From Naegleria gruberi (lineage: Eukaryota): a DNA stretch of 64,000 nt. The stretch lies in NCBI GenBank assembly GCA_000004985.1, contig GG738845.1. One strand, written 5' to 3'. The notes under the pieces were generated by a model. The model saw only the letters and a list, made by a program, of their open reading frames with translations. It made no database searches and had not been told where the DNA came from. Both the position numbers and the translations under genes were made by a program. This document shows positions 47,251 through 56,674 of this stretch, piece by piece (position 1 is the first letter of the stretch; every line of letters starts with the position of its first letter).

Positions 47251-47733
47251 TTAAAAACTACCAAAAAATGTCATGTAAATAGGTTCAATTATTTCAAATC
47301 CTCGACCATCCATCTTTTTAATATAACTCAGGGCATCCTTACTTAATTTATCATCACCATAATGTTGTCTAATAAGATTTACCAACTTTTTAACATACTT
47401 CAAATGAAGTCTCTGATCATGCATCCTGCACACCAGATCCAAATCATCAACAGGTACTCCATTAAATTTCCAAGTAAAAGGACCACCATATTTTCCATAC
47501 CAAAAGGCAACTTTGGTGTTTGATTTTGGGCAGGTTCCGAGAATTGCCAAACATTCCTTCTCACTCTCCAAAAGAGCTGGAGAGCCCTGCTTTATAATTG
47601 AAATGAATTGTTCCTTGTATGTTTGCTCATCTTCCAAAAGGTGTGATATTGAGGAATGATGGATTGAGGGTTGTGGGCTTGCAGATGATGGTTGTTGTTT
47701 TGCAAGCACAATATTTGAATCAGATGATGACAT
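47251..47733 (-). CDS. Hypothetical 160-aa protein
   Basis: ORF with ATG. Globular C-terminal half (AFWYGKYGGPFTWKFNGVPVDDLDLVCRMHDQRL...) without confident family assignment. Confidence 0.45.
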   Translation of the reverse strand: MSSSDSNIVLAKQQPSSASPQPSIHHSSISHLLEDEQTYKEQFISIIKQGSPALLESEKECLAILGTCPKSNTKVAFWYGKYGGPFTWKFNGVPVDDLDLVCRMHDQRLHLKYVKKLVNLIRQHYGDDKLSKDALSYIKKMDGRGFEIIEPIYMTFFGSF

Positions 47734-48515
47734 TATATAGTAGTGATTATGTTCCGACTGGGGCTGATGAATGTGATGATATTGTTTTCAGTGCAATTTT
47801 TACCGAAGGTGGTAAGGGTTTAAATATATTGACTATATTAATAATAACAATGTTTGGCAAATTACGTACCGAACAATTTTCATTTATTAAGCAAAGAAAC
47901 GCTTTTACGCATAATCAGCGAGGGCATTCCATCGAGAATTTATGAGGATTGGGATCTTCAAAAATTAGAGAAATATATTCTGAAATTGTTTCCAAATGAT
48001 GATTCAGTTCATGGAGAATTTCAAGTCGATCAACATGGCCATAAATATAAATATGCCTTCTTGTCCTCTCTTTAGCAGAAATACGTCTCAATATATTTGA
48101 TTTGGATATGGACTGGATTCAAAGAAACACTGAGAAAAAACCTTATTAAATTCTTGGATATTGAAACTGGTAAATAAACAATTTGTTGTGATCATAAATT
48201 GTTCAAGTTTTTCACTCAACTACACTTGAATTACGAGCGCATTACAGTTCAGAGCTAGTGATCATGTGCTTAATTTAATTTCGTTTGTGCTTTGCATTTT
48301 TCAAACCTAATTTCACTCTTGCCAACTTTTATTTAACGGGTGGCACCAATTGCTTGGAACTTCAGATTATGGTGCTATTGTACACTATTGGGAATTAGTT
48401 GCTTATGGGTTTTGTTGTTTTCCAAGAATTGCTTATTTGCCCAACTTTTACTAAACTTCATATTTATTTTCAATCAACCAATAAATCACAAGAAAAGAAC
48501 ACAGCTGATGTTTTC

Positions 48516-49316
48516 TTAAGGTCTTGCTGAAGTACCTGTACGATTTGGAGTGTCAGATGTCCATTCATTAACCTTTTCCACAACCTTATCTTTCATTTCT
48601 TTTGCTTTTTGTCCAGCAATACTTGCAGCTTCCTTAACTGTCTCTGTAACAGCCTCACCCATAGTTGTTGCCTTCTCTTTGCCTCTTTCCATGGCATCTG
48701 ACATGGTATCTTTTACATCTTCCATCTTGTCTTTGGCTTCTTCCTTATATTGAATAGTCTTGTCTCTGACTTTAGTGGTCATATCTTGTGTCTTGTCCAT
48801 TGCCTCATCTTTCATTTCCTTGGCCTTATTCATGGTTTGTTTGACATTCTTATTCATGTCAGATGCCTTTTCTTTAACATTTTCCTTGATATTCTCCTTG
48901 ACATTTCTACCCGTCTTTTTCAAATCAGCAACTCCTTCTTGTGCCTTTCTCATTGCATCACCAGTTTCTTGAGAGGCATTGAACATGTTGGCTCCTGGAC
49001 TTCTAGGAGTAACATTTTCCGACTTGTCCTTTAAAATCCCACCTGCATCATAAATTCCAGGGTTTGCAGATCCAACTTTTTCACTAGTGTTCAAGCCAGA
49101 GTTTGGTTTGTTAAAATAGGATTCTCTGGACATTTCCTCTTCATCGATGGAAACTGGCTTGATAGTTACCTGAGGTTTCTTGGAGGTATTCAATTTAGAT
49201 TCATTCTTCTCCAATGTTGAATCAATGTTGGTGTTCTTATTGATGAGACATGTGGAAAAGGAGCATCTATTGTAACGAGCCAAATACTTGGTGTTTTGTA
49301 AAACTATTCTTTTCAT
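48516..49316 (-). CDS. LEA-like (late-embryogenesis-abundant group 3-type) protein with amphipathic 11-mer K/E/D/M repeats and mitochondrial-presequence-like N-terminus
   Basis: The C-terminal 150 aa consist of KEKASDMNKNVKQTMNKAKEMKDEAMDKTQDMTTKVRDKT...KAKEMKDKVVEKV repeats. The N-terminus is MKRIVLQNTKYLARYNRCSF. Antisense ORFs 48550..49034 are repeat artefacts. Confidence 0.6.
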   Translation of the reverse strand: MKRIVLQNTKYLARYNRCSFSTCLINKNTNIDSTLEKNESKLNTSKKPQVTIKPVSIDEEEMSRESYFNKPNSGLNTSEKVGSANPGIYDAGGILKDKSENVTPRSPGANMFNASQETGDAMRKAQEGVADLKKTGRNVKENIKENVKEKASDMNKNVKQTMNKAKEMKDEAMDKTQDMTTKVRDKTIQYKEEAKDKMEDVKDTMSDAMERGKEKATTMGEAVTETVKEAASIAGQKAKEMKDKVVEKVNEWTSDTPNRTGTSARP

Positions 49317-49502
49317 TTTCTTTCTGACTGTATAATAAATATATTCAAATCATGATTATCTTTTTAAATCTAATTTGGTTTCTTTCTATTAATCACTTAT
49401 CCTTTTTAGTTTAGCTTGAAACCAATAGAATCTACTTCTGTACAGTTAACAAATTTATCAATACTAATTTGTTAATTTGACAAATATGGCCGAGTTTCCC
49501 AA

Positions 49503-50357
49503 TTAAATATCAGCATTGAGTCCTCCAAACATTTTCTCTTCCATCTTTTTCAACTTTTTCAATTCCTTTCTTTCCTTCTTTTCTTCCTTCTTTCTTTTCT
49601 TTTCCTCTTTTGAAAGTTTCTTCTTTGGTTCTTCATTTTCCTTCTTTTCAAGTTGAGTTGGTGATTTCACAACAGCTGAGCCTTCATCCTCTCCATCCTC
49701 TTCTTCATCACTAGAATCGTGTCTTCCATTTGATGGTGATCCCTCAAACATGGTCATCATTAGATACTTGTGAAGCCAATTAGGATCTCTCTTTTTCATG
49801 GCATCATGATACAAAGTCCACTCAAAATCATCATTAGCCTTCTTTACTTTCTTATAAATCATTCCATCCTTTTCCATAGTTTCATATTTCGGAACATTTT
49901 CCTTCTTATCTTGTTGATATCTGTTATTGAACCGACCAGTAGTAGATGATGAATTTCTTCCTCCATTCCTGCCAGAATTTTGTTGTTCTTCCGGATCTTC
50001 GACAATCTTCTTATAATAATTAGGAGCATGATCGACACATATTATTCTTCCACCCAATTCAATGCCATTCAAATTATCAATGGCCAATATTGTCGAGCGA
50101 ACATCTTCATAGGCAATAAAACAAAATCCCTTACTGGTCAATTCCTGTTCCTCACGAACCAAATCAATATCAACAATTTCTCCATATTGAGAGAAAACTG
50201 AGAGTAAATCACCTTCCGTCAATCGGAAATCCAAGCCTCCAATGTAGATGTAGGCTGTTCGATTTTTTTCCTGATGATGCCATGAAGATGGAGTGTTTGT
50301 ATAGCCCAGAGAAAGTTCCTTCTGATTCAACTCGTTGATTTGTTTTGCTCTTTTCAT
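49503..50357 (-). CDS. RBMX2: RRM protein RBMX2 / Ist3-Snu17 (U2 snRNP / RES complex component)
   Basis: MKRAKQINELNQKELSLG...AYIYIGGLDFRLTEGDLLSVFSQYGEIVDIDLVRE...SKGFCFIAYEDVRSTILAIDNLNGIELGGRIICVDH is collinear with human RBMX2. It has a K/E-rich C-terminal tail. Confidence 0.85.
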   Translation of the reverse strand: MKRAKQINELNQKELSLGYTNTPSSWHHQEKNRTAYIYIGGLDFRLTEGDLLSVFSQYGEIVDIDLVREEQELTSKGFCFIAYEDVRSTILAIDNLNGIELGGRIICVDHAPNYYKKIVEDPEEQQNSGRNGGRNSSSTTGRFNNRYQQDKKENVPKYETMEKDGMIYKKVKKANDDFEWTLYHDAMKKRDPNWLHKYLMMTMFEGSPSNGRHDSSDEEEDGEDEGSAVVKSPTQLEKKENEEPKKKLSKEEKKRKKEEKKERKELKKLKKMEEKMFGGLNADI

Positions 50358-50678
50358 TTTTTTTCTAAAGAATAAAAGAATATAATTCTTGTTGAATATG
50401 ACATGAAAACCTCTATTTACTCTGACTTGTAAATATGATGTTTCAAAAGTTATTACAAGGCATCGACACTACAATTCAACAAGTATATTCCTGATACTAA
50501 TTTTGACATCTTCTACTAGTCCTCTCAATTCAGAAAATTTAGTATTAATCTTAAAATCATTAAAGTTCTCTGACTTAGTATAGAGTTTATATATTATACA
50601 AAGGTTGATTAATGATATCCTCAATCATTATTTATTATTATTATTCTTGCTAATTAATCTACGCATGTAGTAGAATAA

Positions 50679-51346
50679 ACTCAGTATTTCAGAAACGACA
50701 ATTTATGTCGTTGTCAAAACGCATCCGGGCTCCCTTTAAACAATCCTAATACCAATCAATTAACACCTGAGAATGATAAACCTACTTGGGAGGAAGATTT
50801 TAATAATCATTTCGAACCATGGTCACCTACTAGATTCGAAGGTGGTGAAATTCAATTCCAATTTAAAGGAACAGAGTCTGCACTTTATTCTAGAATTAGT
50901 AATGATGAGACAAATCTCTATCAATTAAATGATCTTCCAAAGTTCGAACAATTTTGCAAACGAACATACTCTAGAATCAGAACACAACTCATGTCCAATT
51001 GTCAGGCCCATATTTCCATCACAGGCATGGTAAGAAGTGGAAAAACCACAATAGCCAGAGAAATATTTCCTTTTTTCTACACTAGAGAAACTAAATATAC
51101 CTCCTATAAAATATATATAAATTAACGATAATTAATTGGATTTACAATGGTAATACTAAGCCAATAGTTGAATTTTTAAACAAAAACCCTTCAACCATGC
51201 ACTACATTATATTTAACGAAATACAGCTATGTGATACAGATGTTTTATCAATCCTTAAAAAGATTTTCAAAATACCTCAATTGATAGGGAGAAACTTATT
51301 AAGTATTTGGATAGGAAATACACAAGCAGTGTTATTGAAAAGTTGA
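50679..51346 (+). pseudogene. Frameshift-decayed AAA+/P-loop ATPase relic (Walker A GMVRSGKTTIAREIF; Walker B-like YIIFNEIQ)
   Basis: The frame opening at 50679 (no ATG) reads ...FEPWSPTRFEGGEIQFQFKG...QAHISITGMVRSGKTTIAREIFPFFYTRETKYTSYKIYIN* (stop 51123-51125). The +1 frame from 51110 continues ...KPIVEFLNKNPSTMHYIIFNEIQLCDTDVLSILKKIFKIPQLIGRNLLSIWIGNTQAVLLKS* (stop 51344-51346). The frames swap inside a TATAAAATATATATAAAT tract. Walker A to Walker B spacing is about 50-60 aa. Confidence 0.5.
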
Positions 51347-53160
51347 AAATGATTCCTTCGAATGCCTATTCTTTTAATGATAACTGTTTTACTATAACAT
51401 ATTATAGGATGGAAGTTTAAAAATTTAAAAGAATTAAAAGTATATTGCAACTACAGAGAAAAAAAGATTATAAATATAGTGAAGATTTTTGATAGAGATT
51501 TTGCTAAAACTAGATCTCAGTAGATTAATTAAAGAACCAACTTAAAACCAAGTTTTATCAATACCTTAGTCGATAATGAAATTAATTGAAAATTAAGAAG
51601 CTAAATAAATTTTCAAAAGGTTATATATTTGAAATTTAGAAAAGCTTAACAAAGTAATATAAAATACAAAGACCATTAATTTTTAAAAATCTTCTTAAGT
51701 TGGTTTATCATTTTTAAGAATCTAAAGAAAATGAATTTAAAGAAAGAACAAACTTTGTAAAAATATAACAAAAACATTGTTATTGGGTCATACTATTCCA
51801 CCATTCTTTTTTAATATCAATTAGGTCTACCTTAGAGATTCATAATTCATATCGAGATTGATATGAAATATTCATTTTTTGTAAATGGAAAGTGAATCCC
51901 TTATAATATTATTATATACACCAAGCTATTTTGGGAGACTTTTGAAACCTTTTTTGTTGAAGTTTGTTGTATTGGGAAAAACAAACTCACCAAATTGTTA
52001 AAAAAAGTCAAACAGAACACAAAAAAACATTAATTACAATATTCATAATTTTATTAGCAAAAAAAGGAAATTTATTGTATCCTACAGGACTTTCATTTTA
52101 GGTTTTTGTTTGGATTATTGGTACATAATTTGAACACTTGATGTATTTTGGAGTTTATAATATCTCCTTGATATTGAATGTAATGTCATTATGATCAATT
52201 AAAAATCAATATTCTTCCAAAAAAATTCTGAAATACTAAGTTTATTCTACTATACGCGTGTACATTAATTGCTATTAGCTTAAAAAACCATCTGATCAAT
52301 TCAATAAACCATAAAACCAAATCTGAAATATCTATTCTAACAATTTATTATATGATTTGTGTGTTTAGTTAATTTTTAAATTTAATGCAGAGAATAAATT
52401 ATAGAGTTTTCGTCTTGTTCTTGATATCCACCACCCAACAATTTCTTTAGATAATTGGATATCCAAATAAAAATAACATTTTACTAGATCTGAAATTTCT
52501 ATAGAAGTCTTGTTTTGTATTGTTATTTTGTGTTAAGGTGATAAGTAAATTTTTCAATAATGACAGACCTAATAAACACCTTCAAATTTTACATTATTTT
52601 TCATCAAGAAAACATCTTGAAAAAATGATTTAAGAAAGAAAAATCCAATCCATCATTAATGGTTGGAATATTCAAAACAATCTGATAAGTTGTAGCTATC
52701 ATTGAAACATCTTAATGGTATAAATGGTCCGCATTGAATTTAATAAAGTGCTTTTTATTAAGGTTTGAAAGTTACTAAGATCAAATAAATTATCTGGCAC
52801 CATAAAGTAAAAAAAATGAAACTACCCTCACAACCACACAAAATATTCAATAGGATTTATAATAATAATGAAAGAAATAATTTAATAGATGGCACAGAAA
52901 TACAAGTCCATTATTTTACTAAATTATTTTATAACAATACAAATATTAATTTACCACTAAACAAAACAACATTATTAGGAAAAAAAGGAAATATAGTTAA
53001 CTCCTTTGTTAAATTAATTCATCAATACTTTATTCGGAACCTAATTGAAGATTCTAAGTTGTATTGTTTTCTAGTAATTGTTATATATTGTACTTTGAAT
53101 ATCGTTGTTCAATTCATCGATAATCAATTTCAATTCATTTCTACAAACAACAACTTCTGA

Positions 53161-53750
53161 TGAATTGACAGATAATCCATCATAACCATGAATGCATTTG
53201 CCCTTGTAAACTTCATTCAATTCTAACGTCTTGTTTAGCATTACAAATTTCTTATTTTTGTAATCTAAAATCTTATCCTTGTAAAAAAGTCATGAAATGT
53301 TTTGGACTTCTTCTTCCAAAATTCAAATAACAAAGATTAGAATATTTCTGCATTCCTATACAAGTTATGTTTTCCCAAATAAATAGGTGTGTTCTCTAGA
53401 TAACGAAAATTCATTCCAATTTCCAACTCTCAATGCATAATAATAACCTCTAAGGGCTGGTAAAATTGTCTCAAACTTCTGTTGAATTGATATATAATTC
53501 ATCATAGCCGTGAATGTATTTTCCTTTGTATACTTCATTCAACTCTAATGTTTTGTTTAACATAATAAACTTCTTATTTTTGTAATCAATTAATCTTTTG
53601 TGTTTTTTAGAATTCTCCAAATACAATTTCTCCAATTTCTTCGAAGAACATTATAAAATTTTCTGTAAAAACATCATGAAATGTTTTAGACTTTTTCTTC
53701 CAAAAATTCAAATAATAAAGATTAACGATCACAGAAACCCAAAAAAATCA
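53161..53750. repeat. Two diverged direct copies (about 53161..53350 and 53476..53750) of a pseudo-coding fragment, the second carrying a ~75-bp insertion
   Basis: Shared blocks: catcataRccRtgaatgYatttKccYttgtaWacttcattcaaYtctaaYgtYttgtttaRcatWaYaaaYttcttatttttgtaatc and gtcatgaaatgttttRgacttYttcttccaaaattcaaataaYaaagatta. Minus-strand translations of both give ...DYKNKKF(V/I)MLNKTLELNEVYKGK(C/Y)IHGYD... interrupted by stops. Confidence 0.5.
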
Positions 53751-53934
53751 ACCAGTATTTTATAAATCAAAACACACTAACAAGAACCACTGATCCAACC
53801 ATAACAACACATTTAATGAAACCGAAGTACTTTAATACAATATTATACTAAGAAAACTCCAACACACCACTCTCAAAATTAAAAACTCAATCTTCCTTAT
53901 TGCAGCCATATGATTTGAAACCACGAATAAAATT

Positions 53935-54025
53935 TGATGAGTGTGGGATTTGAACCCACGCCCTTGCGGAACACGGTATTAATCATACCTTAACGTGTCG
54001 TCTTAGACCACTCGACCAACTCACC
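53935..54025 (-). tRNA. tRNA-Leu (anticodon AAG) with 11-nt intron at the canonical 37/38 position
   Basis: Minus-strand sequence GGTGAGTTGGTCGAGTGGTCTAAGACGACACGTTAAGG[TATGATTAATA]CCGTGTTCCGCAAGGGCGTGGGTTCAAATCCCACACTCATCA. Acceptor GGTGAGT/ACTCATC (one G-U pair), discriminator A73, GGTCTAAG D-loop, anticodon stem ACACG/CGTGT with loop T-T-AAG-G-C, an 11-nt type II variable arm, T-arm GTGGG-TTCAAAT-CCCAC, and a downstream T-run terminator. Confidence 0.8.
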
Positions 54026-54281
54026 ATCTCTTAAATTTTTTAATATTACTATTATGTTGATTTTTGAGGAAATACTTCCAAATTATTTAATCCCTTGTGT
54101 CATGACGTTTTTGATTAACATTTAATCCATTCCATTGCTATCAGAAATACCTTTAAAATATCTGTCGTATTTAAACGTGTTGAAGCTCTTCTAGTTTAAA
54201 GCCAAACATACTTGAAACAGACCACACTCATTTTAATTATTCGTGCTTCGCACTTTCGAATTCATTTTTAAAAAAATAACC

Positions 54282-55234
54282 ATGTCCACAAATAAGACCA
54301 CATCATCATCTGATGGAGAAGAACAGAGGAACAAGCCTGTTGCACGTTTCAGCAAGGAGGATTTACCAATACTTAAGACCTTCATGGAATCTGCGTTGAA
54401 AATCTACAAGACAGAAAGAGAATGTTACAAAGCATTTGGGAAAAAGTACGGCTATTCCGAAAGTCAAGTTAAACGTAACTACACTGAAAAAATTCGGCCA
54501 TTACTTACTTACTGATAAAGATGATTTGAAAGAAAAATTTAAAAAACGAGCAGCCAATGATGACGACGTTGAAATGGAACGGATTTTTGATGAGAAAGAA
54601 AAGAAGAAACAAAAAATTGAACAACAAGTTGAACGTGCTAAAGAAATTGATGCTGAAATTGAGTATCAATCCGATTCATCTGAAGATTCTTTATTTTGCA
54701 CTCCTTCAAAAACACATATTACAAAAGCGTTGAATCACAAGAATGAATCAGATGTTTACTTTTCATCATTTTGAGAGTAGAACACATCATGTTTTTGCTG
54801 TAAGATATCCAAATCATTTTCTGTTCGAATTTAAAGGTGTAAGTCGTAAAGAAAAGGAAATTTTGATTGATGTGAGTGTTTCTACTTCTTTAAAAGCAAG
54901 TGATATTCAATCAATTTTTGATTCAAACAACGTTAATATTGAAAAGTTAGAAGAAAAGACTGACATATCTACTTCAGTTTACACTTTGAAACAAAAGTTG
55001 CCTAAAAGTGCAGACGCACAGCTCATCAAACAAGGGATTGGATTGCTGCCAGATTCTGAAGACAGAGTGTTCCTACTTTATTGTGAGAAGAAAGTGGATA
55101 TTTTAAAACCATCAAGTGCGAACTCTTTCGCGTTCTTTGCCTCTCCTAAACCAAAAAAACCTCAACTCGAAAGCACTCAGCAAACTCAAGATGCAAGTAC
55201 AGACAATCAAAGTACGAGAGATGCAGATGAATAA
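54282..55234 (+). pseudogene. Frameshift-interrupted ORF cluster (three successive frames: 54282..54515, ~54500..54774, 54743..55234) with an N-terminal helix-turn-helix-like (CENP-B/psq-like) segment; pseudogene or gene with unresolved indels
   Basis: Frame 1 (MSTNKTTSSSDGEEQRNKPVARFSKEDLPILKTFMESALKIYKTERECYKAFGKKYGYSESQVKRNYTEK) ends inside a TTACTTACTTACTG slippage-prone tract where frame 2 continues (LLTDKDDLKEKFKKRAANDDD...). Frame 2 ends at 54774 while frame 3 is already open from 54743. There is no convincing GT..AG pair at either junction, though a GTAAGT at ~54838 with an AG at ~54895 offers one in-frame alternative inside frame 3. Confidence 0.35.
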
Positions 55235-55444
55235 ATTTGCTATCCCACTAGGTGTCAATTACTAAGTTAACTTTTGTACCAAAACATTACTTCAATTAAT
55301 GAAAAAGAACAAATTGGAGCATGACACTTTTAGTTTACAAAATTTATTCTTTTTTGACCAAGGTCATTATTATGCTACAATAATTGATATTTCGATAGCA
55401 AATCCGCAAATATACTATATTATCACTCAACTTTACACAAAAAA

Positions 55445-56674
55445 TTAGAATCTCATTGCAGGGTTGTATCCTGGTTGTGGATATCCTCTACCCATCATTG
55501 GTGGTCCATTCATTCCCATACCATTGTTGAGTGGTGGAGGTCCATTCATACCCATTCCCATTCCATTATTAAGTGGTGGTGGACCATTCATCATTCCCAT
55601 TCCATTATTAAATCCTTGTGGTGGATATCCTCTACCCATCATTGGTGGAGGCCCATTCATTCCCATTCCATTATTAAGTGGTGGAGGTCCGTTCATACCC
55701 ATTCCCATTCCATTGTTGAGTGGTGGAGGATATCCCATACCTCTTCCCATTCCATTGTTAAGTGGTGGTGGACCATTCATTCCCATTCCATTATTAAGTG
55801 GTGGAGGATAATTCATTCCTCTTCCCATTCCGTTGTTGTTGAGTGGAGGAGGACCACCTGGAATTGTGAATGGTTGTTGTTGTTGTTGTTGTTGTGGAGG
55901 TTGATTACTTCTGGCAGTAGGTTGGAGAGGAGAATCAAATAAATTCAAAACGCTATCCTTGCTAGATACTTGTGTTCTTTGTCCTGTTTGAGTGTTATCC
56001 ATAATAATGAATTCGGATAAATCATTTTGTTTTGGAGTATCTTCAAAAGTAATCAATGATGGAGTATTAGATTGTTGAACTGGTGGTTGCTTGACTTGTT
56101 GAACTGGTCTTGTTTGCTTTTGTGGAGGAGGATTAGCAATGTCATCTTGAGATGATACTGAACGTAAATTTTGTTGTCTGTTTTGTTGGAAATTTTGTGT
56201 AGAGATTGATTGTTTGAGTGGAGTGGTTGGTGTAGTGGCAGGTGATGAATCCTCACTATTCAAATCCAAATTTCCGTATTCTCTAGCATATGCATCATTA
56301 TCAATCCAAAGTTTTCTCTCATATTTTGCTCTGATAAACTTTTCCACTGTTGCAGTATCGGTATCTGCTGTTGGTTTTTCTCTGTCCAATTTGGCTTCGA
56401 AAATGGTATTAGCCTTCTCATTACCAAATAATTCAACCATTCTTCTTTGTTCGTCATTCCATGAATCAAGACCAACACTTCTCACCTTGGAAATATGTGT
56501 ACCTAATTTTCTATGCAAACCAGCACATCTTATACAAAAGAATACACCTTGAGTAGTACTTGCCCATTGTGGTCCTCTTGCGTTACAATCAGCACAAACC
56601 TTGTTTGATGGTATCTTTAAAAGATCATTGACAAGTTTCTTATTCCTTGAATTTTGTTCTTGTTTGCTGGACAT
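55445..56674 (-). CDS. ArfGAP-domain protein with long Pro/Gly/Met/Asn-rich C-terminal tandem repeats (AGFG/SMAP-like architecture)
   Basis: N-terminal ArfGAP zinc finger VCADCNARGPQWASTTQGVFFCIRCAGLHRKLGTHISKVRSVGLDSW (CxxC-x16-CxxC). The C-terminal 170 aa are PPPLNNGMGMNG / GRGMGYPPPLNNGMG repeats ending in poly-Q. Confidence 0.85.
   Translation of the reverse strand: MSSKQEQNSRNKKLVNDLLKIPSNKVCADCNARGPQWASTTQGVFFCIRCAGLHRKLGTHISKVRSVGLDSWNDEQRRMVELFGNEKANTIFEAKLDREKPTADTDTATVEKFIRAKYERKLWIDNDAYAREYGNLDLNSEDSSPATTPTTPLKQSISTQNFQQNRQQNLRSVSSQDDIANPPPQKQTRPVQQVKQPPVQQSNTPSLITFEDTPKQNDLSEFIIMDNTQTGQRTQVSSKDSVLNLFDSPLQPTARSNQPPQQQQQQQPFTIPGGPPPLNNNGMGRGMNYPPPLNNGMGMNGPPPLNNGMGRGMGYPPPLNNGMGMGMNGPPPLNNGMGMNGPPPMMGRGYPPQGFNNGMGMMNGPPPLNNGMGMGMNGPPPLNNGMGMNGPPMMGRGYPQPGYNPAMRF
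55470..55870. repeat. In-frame coding tandem repeat (about 21 to 63-nt periodicity) encoding the PPPLNNGMGMNG repeats of the ArfGAP gene
   Basis: Repeated ccattgttgagtggtggaggtccattcatwcccattcc units. This produces spurious plus-strand ORFs 55464..55811 and 55475..55942. Confidence 0.6.

Larger units (their letters stand above)
50358..53934. other. A/T-rich, ORF-poor 3.6-kb island (gene desert) containing a decayed ATPase relic and duplicated pseudo-coding fragments, ending at a tRNA gene
   Basis: No intact ORF longer than 115 aa on either strand. Composition is far more A/T-rich than flanking genes. See features 50679..51346 and 53161..53750. Confidence 0.5.

Noticed and set aside
47251-47733. 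Secretory phospholipase A2-like motif (CRMHDQRL) in the 160-aa ORF
   Set aside because: It does not match the CC..HD.CY or C.RHDFGY patterns in register, so no family call was made.
48550-49034. Plus-strand ORFs antisense to the LEA-like gene
   Set aside because: They are produced by the periodic K/E codon repeat. The sense-strand reading has the coherent 11-mer structure.
52816-53160. 114-aa N/I-rich ORF in the gene desert
   Set aside because: Its composition mirrors the A/T-rich DNA, it has no motifs, and it overlaps pseudo-coding repeat debris.
55470-55870. Regular tandem repeats considered as a possible CRISPR array
   Set aside because: The units are imperfect and in-frame, and they encode a P/G/M/N repeat protein. 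There are no spacer-like unique segments, and the context is eukaryotic.
55464-55942. Plus-strand ORFs 55464..55811 and 55475..55942 opposite the ArfGAP gene
   Set aside because: These are artefacts of the in-frame tandem repeat. The minus-strand frame carries a recognisable ArfGAP domain.
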